DNA of 42,808 nt from a virus. The translations under genes and the position numbers were made by a program. A model generated the notes under the pieces. That model was not told where the DNA came from and made no database searches. It saw only the letters and a program-made list of their open reading frames with translations. The DNA lies in the IMG/VR virus record IMGVR_UViG_3300025164_001013, positions 1-42,808 of that record; one strand, given 5' to 3'. Shown here in pieces: positions 33,147 through 40,936 of the stretch (position 1 is the first letter of the stretch; each line of letters opens with the position of its first letter).

Positions 33147-33678
33147 GACCACCACCACCACCGAGGCGCTCGCGGCGCACAAGCCGCGCATGCCGCTGTT
33201 CGAGCTCGTAGCCCGCACGCTCGACGTGCTGGCCGAGATCGACCTCGCGGACGGAGAGGTCAGCGCCGCCGCCGACGACGTGCTGCGCGAGCTCGGGGTG
33301 TCGCTCGAGGAGCGCGCCGAGGCCTACGCGGCGGTGTGCCGACTGCTCGGCGAGGAGGCGGAGGCCTGCGATCGCTTCGTCGAGACCTACCAGAAGCGCG
33401 CGAAGCGCAAGCGCGCCCACGCCGACGCGCTCAAGCACCGGCTCTTCGAGGCCATGCTGTCGCTGGGCATCAAGAGGATCACGGGCCCGACCGCCACGGC
33501 GGCGATCCAGAAGAGCGCGCCATCGCTCGAACTGCTGGTCGCTGAGACCGAGGTGCCCGACCGCTTCGCGCGCACGCGACGCGAGGTCGACAAGGCCGCG
33601 ATCAAAGATGCGCTCAAGGGCGGTGAGGCCATCGACTGGGCGCGTCTCACGCAGTCCGAGCATCTCAGGTTCAGGTAG
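33136..33678 (+). CDS. Siphovirus Gp157-like protein
   Basis: ATG at 33136 preceded by GGAGGA. 180 aa. Collinear with the Gp157 family pattern (coiled-coil region, ...IKRITGPTATAAIQKS..., C-terminal GGEAIDWARL). Confidence 0.65.
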   Translation: MSSETTTTTEALAAHKPRMPLFELVARTLDVLAEIDLADGEVSAAADDVLRELGVSLEERAEAYAAVCRLLGEEAEACDRFVETYQKRAKRKRAHADALKHRLFEAMLSLGIKRITGPTATAAIQKSAPSLELLVAETEVPDRFARTRREVDKAAIKDALKGGEAIDWARLTQSEHLRFR

Positions 33679-33708
33679 TCAGTGTCAGTCAGGAAAGAGA
33701 GAACAGCC

Positions 33709-34791
33709 ATGCAGACCGCAACCGCAACCATCGCAGACCCGACCGACGCCGGAGCACCGGCAACGCTCGTCCACACGCCGCAGAGCGCCGCGCCGCTCGC
33801 CACCACGTCACGTGCTGTGCTGATGCGCCAGTACCTGGCCGAGGAGGCCGAGATCCGCGGGTTGGTCAAGCAGTTCATCGGCTCGCAGATGTCCGAGGGC
33901 GACGACTACGGAGTCATCCCCGGCACCAACAAGCCGACGCTGCTCAAGCCCGGCGCCGAGAAGCTCGTGGCGCTCTTCAACGTCGAGCCGCACTTTGAGG
34001 TCACCAACCGCATCGAGCAGTGGGAGGGGAGCGGGCTCTTCCACTACGAGCTCACGGTGCACCTCAAGGAGCGCTCGACCGGCATCGTGCGCGCGGTCGG
34101 GCTCGGCAGCGCCAACAGCCGCGAGGGCCGCTACCGCTGGCGCAACGGCGAACGCCTGTGTCCGAGCTGCGGCAAGGCCACGATCATCAAGGGCAAGGAG
34201 GAATACGGCGGGGGATTCGTCTGCTTCGCCAAGAAGGGCGGCTGCGGCGCGAAGTTCCGGGACGACGACGCCGCCATCACCGAGCAGCAGGTCGGCAAGG
34301 TCGAGAACGACGACACCTTCACGCTCGTCAACACGATCCTGAAGATGGCCAAGAAGCGCGCGCTGGTGGACGGCGCGATCGCGCTCGCGCGGTGCAGCGA
34401 CATCTTCACGCAGGACGTCGAGGACCTCGGCGACCACCTGCCAGAGGACCGCAGCGTCAAGCCACGTGGCGCGCAGCAACCGCAGCGCGCAAGCAAGCCC
34501 GAGAGCAAGCCGACCGCCAAAGAGCCGAAGCGCCCGCTCTTCAGCAAAAACGCAAAATGGTCAGGCGCCGAGCAGTGGGCGGGCAAGCCGCTCGACACCG
34601 CGCCGCTCGACGCGCTGCGCGAGTACTTCGAGGCCTACCGCGCAGCACACGAGGCCTGCGAGGACGCACGGATCGGCCTGATGATGCGTGAGCACATCGG
34701 CCTCATCGAGGCCGCGATGGCGTCCAAAGAGCCGCGCGTCGAACCCGACACCGCGAACGGTGAGGCCTTCGACGTCGAAGTGGTGCGGTGA
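33709..34791 (+). CDS. Candidate single-strand annealing / recombination protein with inserted Cys4 zinc ribbon
   Basis: ATG at 33709 after AGGAAAGAGAG. Motifs KPTLLKPGAEKL and ILKMAKKRALVDGAI...FTQD recall Rad52/Sak-type phage annealing proteins. Insert CPSCG...CFAKKGGCG. Position after Gp157. Family not certain. Confidence 0.45.
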   Translation: MQTATATIADPTDAGAPATLVHTPQSAAPLATTSRAVLMRQYLAEEAEIRGLVKQFIGSQMSEGDDYGVIPGTNKPTLLKPGAEKLVALFNVEPHFEVTNRIEQWEGSGLFHYELTVHLKERSTGIVRAVGLGSANSREGRYRWRNGERLCPSCGKATIIKGKEEYGGGFVCFAKKGGCGAKFRDDDAAITEQQVGKVENDDTFTLVNTILKMAKKRALVDGAIALARCSDIFTQDVEDLGDHLPEDRSVKPRGAQQPQRASKPESKPTAKEPKRPLFSKNAKWSGAEQWAGKPLDTAPLDALREYFEAYRAAHEACEDARIGLMMREHIGLIEAAMASKEPRVEPDTANGEAFDVEVVR

Positions 34792-35435
34792 TGCCGGCAC
34801 CAGTAGACCTGACCGGTCGGAGATTTGGAAAGCTGGTGGTGCTCAAGCTCGGGGCTAGGCGTAACGAGGCACGCGTTTGGATCTGCCTGTGCGACTGCAA
34901 CACGACCACCTCCGTGATTGGCCGCAACCTGGGGAACGGGCACACGCGCTCCTGCGGTTGCGCTCGCGTGCATCACGGAGAGTATGCGGGCGACTCGCTT
35001 CCATCGCCCGAGCTCGCGGCATGGAGAGCAATGATCGCGCGTTGCTCGAATCCGAAGAACCGCGTCTGGCACAACTACGGCGGGCGTGGCATTCGCGTTT
35101 GCGACCGATGGTCAGGATCGTTCAAAAACTTTCTGTCAGACATGGGGCGTCGCCCGTCTGACCGGCACTCGATCGATCGCGTCAACAACGACGGCAACTA
35201 CGAGCCCAGCAACTGCCGGTGGGCGCTCGCCGTTGAGCAGTCGAACAATCGCCGAGGCATCAAGCGCATCGTCGTTGGCGACGTAGCTCTGTCAGCGCCC
35301 GAGTGGTCACGAATCACCGGCATCCACAAGGACACGATCCACGGGCGCATCGAGCGCGGCTGGGATCCGGAGCTCGCGGTCAGCGCTGCACCTGATCGCT
35401 CAATGAAAGGGAGGCGATATGCTTTCGCTAAGTGA
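34791..35435 (+). CDS. HNH/AP2-like phage endonuclease-family protein
   Basis: Pattern L.GRRFGKL.V....W.C.CDC....V....L..G.T.SCGC followed by YGGRGI.VC.RW..F..F..DMG.RP...SIDR..N.G.YEP.NCRWA...Q.NN. Visibly less GC-rich than its neighbours. Confidence 0.6.
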   Translation: MPAPVDLTGRRFGKLVVLKLGARRNEARVWICLCDCNTTTSVIGRNLGNGHTRSCGCARVHHGEYAGDSLPSPELAAWRAMIARCSNPKNRVWHNYGGRGIRVCDRWSGSFKNFLSDMGRRPSDRHSIDRVNNDGNYEPSNCRWALAVEQSNNRRGIKRIVVGDVALSAPEWSRITGIHKDTIHGRIERGWDPELAVSAAPDRSMKGRRYAFAK

Positions 35436-36105
35436 CCACCTTAAGCCGTGGTCGGAACTCAACATTGCTTGCATCGACTTCGAGACCACTGGACCAGACC
35501 CGAAGACCTGCGAGCCCGTCGAGCTCGCGGTCGTGCGCTTCGAGGGCGGCGAGGTCGTCTCCCGCTACTCGACGCTGATCGAGCCCGATGCTGCGATCCC
35601 GCCCGAGGCGACGGCCATCCACGGCATCACCGACGAGATGGTGCGCGAGAGAGGCACGGCGGCGAGCATGGCGTGGGCGGACGCGCAGCATCTACTGCGT
35701 GGCGCCATCCCGTGCGCCTACCACGCGCCGTTCGACCGCACGATTCTGCACCGCATAATGGTCGACGCGCTCGACGGCCAGGCCGTGGCGCGGTGGCTCG
35801 AGCTCGAAACCGCGTGGCCGTGGCTCGACCCGCTCGTATGGGTGCGGCAGCTCGATCGCTTCGTCGCCGGCAAGGGCCGGCACACGCTCAGCGCTGCGTG
35901 CGCGCGGCGCGGCATCGTGCTCGAGGGTGCCCACCGTGCCGCGGCCGATGCCGAGGCGGCGGGGCGCCTGCTCTTCCATCCGAGCCTTCGCGCGCTCGGC
36001 GGCAGCTCGACCATCAGCGAGGTGCTGCGCCGGCAGTCCGCGACGGCCGCCGACCAGCAAGCCGACTTCGAGCGGTGGCGTGCCAGCCAGCCGGTGCAGC
36101 CGTGA
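35419..36105 (+). CDS. DnaQ-like DEDDh 3'-5' exonuclease
   Basis: AAAGGGAGG Shine-Dalgarno sequence. ExoI ACIDFETTG, ExoII AYHAPFD, ExoIII HRAAADAEA. Confidence 0.8.
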   Translation: MLSLSDHLKPWSELNIACIDFETTGPDPKTCEPVELAVVRFEGGEVVSRYSTLIEPDAAIPPEATAIHGITDEMVRERGTAASMAWADAQHLLRGAIPCAYHAPFDRTILHRIMVDALDGQAVARWLELETAWPWLDPLVWVRQLDRFVAGKGRHTLSAACARRGIVLEGAHRAAADAEAAGRLLFHPSLRALGGSSTISEVLRRQSATAADQQADFERWRASQPVQP

Positions 36106-36323
36106 GCGCTCACCTCGAGGTGGTGCAGGACGCCACCATCGATGCGCCGGCCGTCAGCTACCCGGTGACCGGCGCCGACATCCGGGCACTGGCCACCCGC
36201 TACGCCGGCCTCTCGTGCGACACCCGCGTGGCGCTGAAGGCTTCCGCTCTCGACTACGGTCGCCGGGTGGACGGTGCGGCGCGCGAGCAGCGCGCCGAGC
36301 TGGTGCGGGCGGGTGCACGATGA
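36102..36323 (+). CDS. Hypothetical protein
   Basis: GTG in GTGA overlap. 73 aa. High GC3. Confidence 0.4.
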   Translation: MSAHLEVVQDATIDAPAVSYPVTGADIRALATRYAGLSCDTRVALKASALDYGRRVDGAAREQRAELVRAGAR

Positions 36324-36622
36324 CCGCACGAAGCTACCGGAGCAACGCCGCGGCTTGGGCACACGCATACTGCAACACTACCGAGCTACTGCTGAGCGGC
36401 AGAGCGTGCGCGGAAGCGCTGCGCCGGCCGCACTCCCTAGCAGCCTTCTGTCGCGCGCGCGCCGCTGGTGGTGATTTTCCACCGACCGCCTGGGCATGGC
36501 TGTGGTGGGCCGCTTGGGTGTGGTGCACCGAATTCGCGCGAATCGTCGCGTTGCGCGCACGCGGCAGCTCACGACCCGCCGCGTCCGAAGAAGCCGCGAA
36601 GAGCAAGAAGGCGAGGGCGTGA
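36320..36622 (+). CDS. Hypothetical Trp-rich protein
   Basis: ATG in ATGA overlap. 100 aa. Confidence 0.4.
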   Translation: MTARSYRSNAAAWAHAYCNTTELLLSGRACAEALRRPHSLAAFCRARAAGGDFPPTAWAWLWWAAWVWCTEFARIVALRARGSSRPAASEEAAKSKKARA

Positions 36623-36771
36623 CGCTCGGCAGACCTGGTACCAACGGCGCGCTGCCGCGCATCGCGTTCGCGAATCTGTGGGACTCGATTCACGGCAAGC
36701 GCCCCGGCTGCTCGTGGGACGCCAACCCGTGGGTGTGGGCGATCAGCTTTCAGAGGGTCGAGCAGCCGTGA
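36619..36771 (+). CDS. Hypothetical 50-aa protein
   Basis: GTG in GTGA overlap. Confidence 0.35.
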   Translation: MTLGRPGTNGALPRIAFANLWDSIHGKRPGCSWDANPWVWAISFQRVEQP

Positions 36772-36968
36772 CCCGCGACCTCGCCCGCATCGCCTCCGCG
36801 CTCGAGCGCATCGCGGCCGCGCTCGAGCTGGGCTCGCACGCGCGCAAGCGCTCGACGGGCAAGACCAAGCGCGCACGTCCGCAGTACCGGCCGCCGGCGC
36901 CGACCGTGCCGATCGACGACATCTCGAGAGAGCGCGCCAAGCAGGCGCTGCGGAGGGCGGGGTTGTGA
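36768..36968 (+). CDS. Hypothetical 66-aa protein
   Basis: GTG in GTGA overlap. Basic C-terminus. Confidence 0.4.
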   Translation: MTRDLARIASALERIAAALELGSHARKRSTGKTKRARPQYRPPAPTVPIDDISRERAKQALRRAGL

Positions 36969-37345
36969 TCGGTGACGGGCTGCACCGGGTGCACGCAGCG
37001 CCTGCCGCGGGCAAGGGCGGCAACAGCGTCGACATTGGCGCGGTGAGATGGCGCGGCGAGTCCAGCGCAGGCGCGCCAAAGCGCGAGATGGCGCATCGAA
37101 TCGCCACGTGCTGGAACGTGCTCGAGGGTTGGCCGACCGCCGCGCTCGAAGCGGGCTGTCTGCGCGAGGTGGACGATGCCGCGCTCGCGTTGTTGTCCGC
37201 GCTCGAGGGCGAGACCCTGACACAGGAGGGCAACCTTGCGCGCGAGCGTCTGCGCGCAGCATTCGCCGCGCGTGACCCTCAGCAGGACCTGTCTGGCGGC
37301 AGGCCGGCCGACTGCGACGACTGCTACCCGCCGAAAGATGCCTGA
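36965..37345 (+). CDS. Hypothetical protein upstream of int
   Basis: GTG in GTGA overlap. 126 aa. Confidence 0.4.
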   Translation: MIGDGLHRVHAAPAAGKGGNSVDIGAVRWRGESSAGAPKREMAHRIATCWNVLEGWPTAALEAGCLREVDDAALALLSALEGETLTQEGNLARERLRAAFAARDPQQDLSGGRPADCDDCYPPKDA

Positions 37346-39020
37346 CCGTCCGCCCAGCTTGCGGCCACCGGCCGGCCCGCGCGACAAGCGCCCGATGGGC
37401 AGCGGGTCGATCGAGGAGCGCGACGGCCGCCACCGCGTGCGGGTAAGGGTCGCGGGCCGCAAGCGCACGCTCGGCACCTACGCGACCCACGCCGAGGCGG
37501 CAGCGGTGCTCGAAGCGGCGCTAGAGCAGCTCTCGGCCGACCGCACCGCAAGCCCCGGCGCCACCACGCTGCGCGATTGGATCGCGCGCTGGCTCGAACA
37601 GCGCCACCTCTCGGGTGTCGTGCGCTCGGTCTACGACGACGAGTCACGCTTGCGCGCGCACGTGCTCTCTGAGCCGTGGGCCGACGACGCGCTCGACCAG
37701 ATCGACCGCCGCACCGTGCGGGCATGGGCGATCTCGATGCTGTCGCGCGAGGGCCGACGCCACGCCGGCGACGGCAAGCTGGTCAGCACCGGCCGGCGGC
37801 TCTCGCGCCACACCGTCAGCCACGTGCTCGCGACCCTGCGGGTGTGCCTGCGCGACGCCGTCGAACTCGGGCTGCTCGACGAGAACCCAGCCGCCGGCGT
37901 GCGGGTGCCGGCCGCGCAGTACACGCACGAGCCCTGGACGTACCTCACACAGGGCGAGATCGACGCGCTGCTGTCGTGCGAGCTCGTGCCCGCGCCGTAT
38001 CGGCTTCTCTACCGGGTCGCCATCTACACCGGCCTGCGCAAGGGCGAGCTCTGGGGCCTGCGCTGGGGCGACTGCTACCTCGACCACGCGACCCCGCACC
38101 TGATGGTGCGCCGCTCAAGGTCCGCAGCCCCGAAGAACGGCAAGATCCGAATGGTGCCGTTGCTCGGGCAGGCACGGGAGGCGCTCGAGCAGATGAACTC
38201 CATTTGTTCAGATTTGGCCCCTGATCGTTCAGCCGAAGGGGGTGATCGTTCAGCCGACCTCGTCTTCCCGGCACCCGACGGCTCGATGCGCGCGCGCTGG
38301 AACGACGCTCGGTGGAAGCAGCGCCGCAAGCCCTACACCACGGCCGACGGCGAGCGCCGCCACATCACCGAGCCCGGCTACCGCGAGCTCGCCGGCATCA
38401 AGCGCCACGTGCGCTTCCACGACCTGCGGCACACGTGCGCGAGCCATCTGCTGATGGGCACCTGGGGCCGAGCGTGGCGGCTCGAGGAGGTGCGGGATTT
38501 GCTCGGCCACAGCGACACCGCGGTCACGCAACGCTACGCCCACCTGGCGCCCGATCGCCTGCACGCCGCGGCCGCGGCGACGGTGCTCGAGCGGCCCCAG
38601 ACTGGCCCCACGGCACACGCTGCGAGCACCGCGGGCAGCGTGATCGGCGCCGACAACGCGCTGCAATCGCTGGACATTGCGCGGGGAGCCATCTCCGAGA
38701 TTCGAACTCGGGACCGACGGTTTACGAAACCGGTCGGGAGTGACGGACGTCATGGTGCTTTCGGCCCGTTGGGGCTGGCGTGGGGCCACGAAGCGCATGA
38801 GCTGGCGATCGACATTCTGCGGCGCGCCGCGCGCGGTGATGCCGTGCCTATCGAGGCAGCACACGGACTCGCTCAAGCCGTAGCCTCACACAAGGCGTTC
38901 AGGCTTGCCGCTGCCGTCCTGGCAGAGCTCGGCCAGCCCACGGCCCAGTCGCTGGCGGTCACACTCGCCGTGCTCGTTACGGAGGCGCTCGAGCGCACGC
39001 CGGAGGCCGGTCATGGCTGA
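37338..39020 (+). CDS. int: Tyrosine integrase with a long C-terminal extension that crosses the attP core
   Basis: Motifs GLRKGELWGLRWGD, HDLRHTCASHLL, LGHSDTAVTQRYAHL. No stop codon until 39020, about 150 codons after the catalytic Tyr. Alternative start at 37395. Confidence 0.85.
   Translation: MPDRPPSLRPPAGPRDKRPMGSGSIEERDGRHRVRVRVAGRKRTLGTYATHAEAAAVLEAALEQLSADRTASPGATTLRDWIARWLEQRHLSGVVRSVYDDESRLRAHVLSEPWADDALDQIDRRTVRAWAISMLSREGRRHAGDGKLVSTGRRLSRHTVSHVLATLRVCLRDAVELGLLDENPAAGVRVPAAQYTHEPWTYLTQGEIDALLSCELVPAPYRLLYRVAIYTGLRKGELWGLRWGDCYLDHATPHLMVRRSRSAAPKNGKIRMVPLLGQAREALEQMNSICSDLAPDRSAEGGDRSADLVFPAPDGSMRARWNDARWKQRRKPYTTADGERRHITEPGYRELAGIKRHVRFHDLRHTCASHLLMGTWGRAWRLEEVRDLLGHSDTAVTQRYAHLAPDRLHAAAAATVLERPQTGPTAHAASTAGSVIGADNALQSLDIARGAISEIRTRDRRFTKPVGSDGRHGAFGPLGLAWGHEAHELAIDILRRAARGDAVPIEAAHGLAQAVASHKAFRLAAAVLAELGQPTAQSLAVTLAVLVTEALERTPEAGHG
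38687..38733 (-). other. attP core: 3' 47 nt of a tRNA-Thr(CGU)-like gene (anticodon arm, variable loop, T arm, 3' acceptor strand)
   Basis: Minus strand reads CCGGT-TTCGTAA-ACCGT-CGGTC-CCGAG-TTCGAAT-CTCGG-AGATGGC-T. No D arm or complementary 5' acceptor strand lies upstream, so this is a fragment and not a gene. Confidence 0.6.
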
Positions 39021-39033
39021 CCCGGAGGGACAG

Positions 39034-39129
39034 CTAGCTCGGCGACGAGAGCACGTCGCCGTCCTCGCCCGCGATCTCTATCGCGAGGGGCGCATCGGTA
39101 TCGCCGTATGTGCTGGTGTAGCGAATCAT
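39034..39129 (-). pseudogene. Truncated copy of the 105-aa post-fibre ORF (31 codons)
   Basis: The first 27 codons are identical at nucleotide level to 41863..41943. The sequence then switches to 8 bp matching fibre Y (40138..40145) and stops. Confidence 0.45.
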
Positions 39130-39130
39130 G
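39049..39130. repeat. 82-bp perfect direct repeat (partner 41863..41944)
   Basis: Identical strings GAGCACGTCGCCGTCCTCGCCCGCGATCTCTATCGCGAGGGGCGCATCGGTATCGCCGTATGTGCTGGTGTAGCGAATCATG at both positions. Confidence 0.9.
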
Positions 39131-40505
39131 CCGCGAGCCCCGTGGTAGCGGTGATGTAGGCGCGAATGAAAGCATCCAACTCCGAGGACGCATCCTCGAC
39201 CATGATCAGTAGATAGAATTTGCCACCCGACACACTCGGGTGCCCGACGTTGATCGCATCTACACTGTCGCATCCCGATGTGCCGGTGAACGCCGGCGAT
39301 ATCGCTGCGCCGTCGAGCTTGCCCACAAGCCCACTCGCCAAAAACTCAATGCTGGCGGTATGCCAGGCTGTGTCCGCAGCCGGGCTCGACAGTGTTATTT
39401 GTTGCAGCCCTCCGGGCTCGGGCTCGGCCTCCATAACAAAACTGCCACCACTGCGGTACAGCGCTGCATCGCCCGGACCACACAGCACGGCGCATGGTGC
39501 CATGACGCCCGACGCGTGTTGCGTCACAACGAAATACATTCGAATGCGGCGACCGCTCGACAACGATATTGCTGTGTTGGTCAGGATGTCGTCAGCGTCG
39601 TTTGGTACCGTGTACGGGAGGTTGTTTGGCCCTCCACTCGCCACATATAGAGGCTGCAAGCTCGCTGTTGCCTGCGTGCAGTGATAGGTGCCCCATCGAT
39701 CGTTGAGCTGCGAGACGTTCGCACCGTTTAGCGTGACGTTCGCCGCGGACACCTCGAGCCAGACGTGCCGCGTGAAGCCAGTGCCATTGGTGACGACGGC
39801 ATCCCATGTCGCTGCGACGACGATCTCGTCATACGCGGTGGACGCGCCGTCGTGTACGGTGAGCCGCAGCACAATCGCTGCGGATGGAGCGCTGGGCGTA
39901 AATGTGCTGATAAGCGACGTGTCATCGCCGAATACGCCCGCTCCACCACTCTGCACGGTCCACTCGTACGTATAGCTCCCGGTTCCACCAGACGCTCCCA
40001 CTCCGGCGAGGACAGCAACCCCGTTGGCCCAAGACGTAGGAGCTAAGCCTGCGTCTACCGTCAGACTCACCCCGAGCGTCGCCGCGCCCTCCGAGCGCGT
40101 CGAGCATGCGCCGGCCAGCAGCCTCACGACCGCATTCGGCGACGAGAGCACGTCGCCGAATGCGATCGGCACCTCGCCGGCCGTCGTGATCGCGACGACT
40201 TCCACCGCGCACCGCCGGCGATCGTCCAGCGACACGCTAAACGCGCGCACAGCCACCACCCCTGGCGTAGCAAGCGCCACCTGTCTGAGCACGGCGCGCG
40301 CCAACCGCAGATTCGGGTGCTTGACGAAGACCAGCTGGAACCACGGCACCCCTACCCGTGAGTCCAAAAACCATTCGCCGAGAAACGTGCGGAATCGGAT
40401 TCGCAGGCTCTGCACCACAGCATCGGCGCCGACCGCTAGGCTGAGCCGTCCCTGCGTGATCGTCAGGTCCCCGGTCGCCAGATCGAGCCTAATATCACTA
40501 CTCAT
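39126..40505 (-). CDS. Tail fibre Y: baseplate-wedge-like N-domain, conserved junction, PKD/Ig-like domain, LamG/ConA-like lectin domain
   Basis: 459 aa. N-terminus has DAVVQSLRIRFRTFLGEWFLD..VGVP (gp25/W/XkdS-type pattern). Junction VVRLLAGACSTRSEGAATL. YTYEWTVQSGG Ig-like repeat. Beta-rich C-terminus of about 230 aa. Confidence 0.7.
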   Translation of the reverse strand: MSSDIRLDLATGDLTITQGRLSLAVGADAVVQSLRIRFRTFLGEWFLDSRVGVPWFQLVFVKHPNLRLARAVLRQVALATPGVVAVRAFSVSLDDRRRCAVEVVAITTAGEVPIAFGDVLSSPNAVVRLLAGACSTRSEGAATLGVSLTVDAGLAPTSWANGVAVLAGVGASGGTGSYTYEWTVQSGGAGVFGDDTSLISTFTPSAPSAAIVLRLTVHDGASTAYDEIVVAATWDAVVTNGTGFTRHVWLEVSAANVTLNGANVSQLNDRWGTYHCTQATASLQPLYVASGGPNNLPYTVPNDADDILTNTAISLSSGRRIRMYFVVTQHASGVMAPCAVLCGPGDAALYRSGGSFVMEAEPEPGGLQQITLSSPAADTAWHTASIEFLASGLVGKLDGAAISPAFTGTSGCDSVDAINVGHPSVSGGKFYLLIMVEDASSELDAFIRAYITATTGLAA

Positions 40506-40508
40506 CGC

Positions 40509-40934
40509 TCACCTCTGCCGCACAGGCGGCTGCGCGTCCTGCAGGGCCCGCGCAGCCGCGGCCTGCGGGTCGAGGCCTTCCCGGCGGGCCTCGTCGTAGG
40601 CCATGCGCGCACGCTGGGCGGCCTCCGCTCGACGCCGCGGCTCGGCAGCGTCGGCGGCCGTGAGTGAGACGTACCGGCGCCAGAGATCGATCTCTCGCGT
40701 GCGTACCTCACGCTCTCGCTGCTCTGCAGCGAAGCTGCGCTCTTCAAGCACCCGCAGCCCGCGCCCAAGAGCCTCCGCGGACGCGCGAATGGGGGTGAGG
40801 TCGTCATCTCGCGCGAATCCATCCAGGTACACCCAGGCACCGCCCGCGAGCGACGTGAGCACGCCGACCGCAGACCAGAAGGTGCCGGAGCTGAGCACTT
40901 GCCGCGCTGAGCTCCAGGTGTCTCGTGGCGCCAC
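40509..40934 (-). CDS. N-terminally anchored coiled-coil membrane protein
   Basis: 141 aa. TM helix FWSAVGVLTSLAGGAWVYL followed by an Arg/Glu-rich helix. Tightly packed between neighbours. Confidence 0.5.
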   Translation of the reverse strand: MAPRDTWSSARQVLSSGTFWSAVGVLTSLAGGAWVYLDGFARDDDLTPIRASAEALGRGLRVLEERSFAAEQREREVRTREIDLWRRYVSLTAADAAEPRRRAEAAQRARMAYDEARREGLDPQAAAARALQDAQPPVRQR

Positions 40935-40936
40935 AC

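Noticed and set aside
38681-38760. Complete tRNA gene on the minus strand inside int
   Set aside because: - Only the anticodon arm, variable loop, T arm and 3' acceptor strand are present.
- The 26 nt upstream (AGCACCATGACGTCCGTCACTCCCGA) cannot pair with AGATGGC and has no D stem.
- It is therefore interpreted as an attP core fragment.
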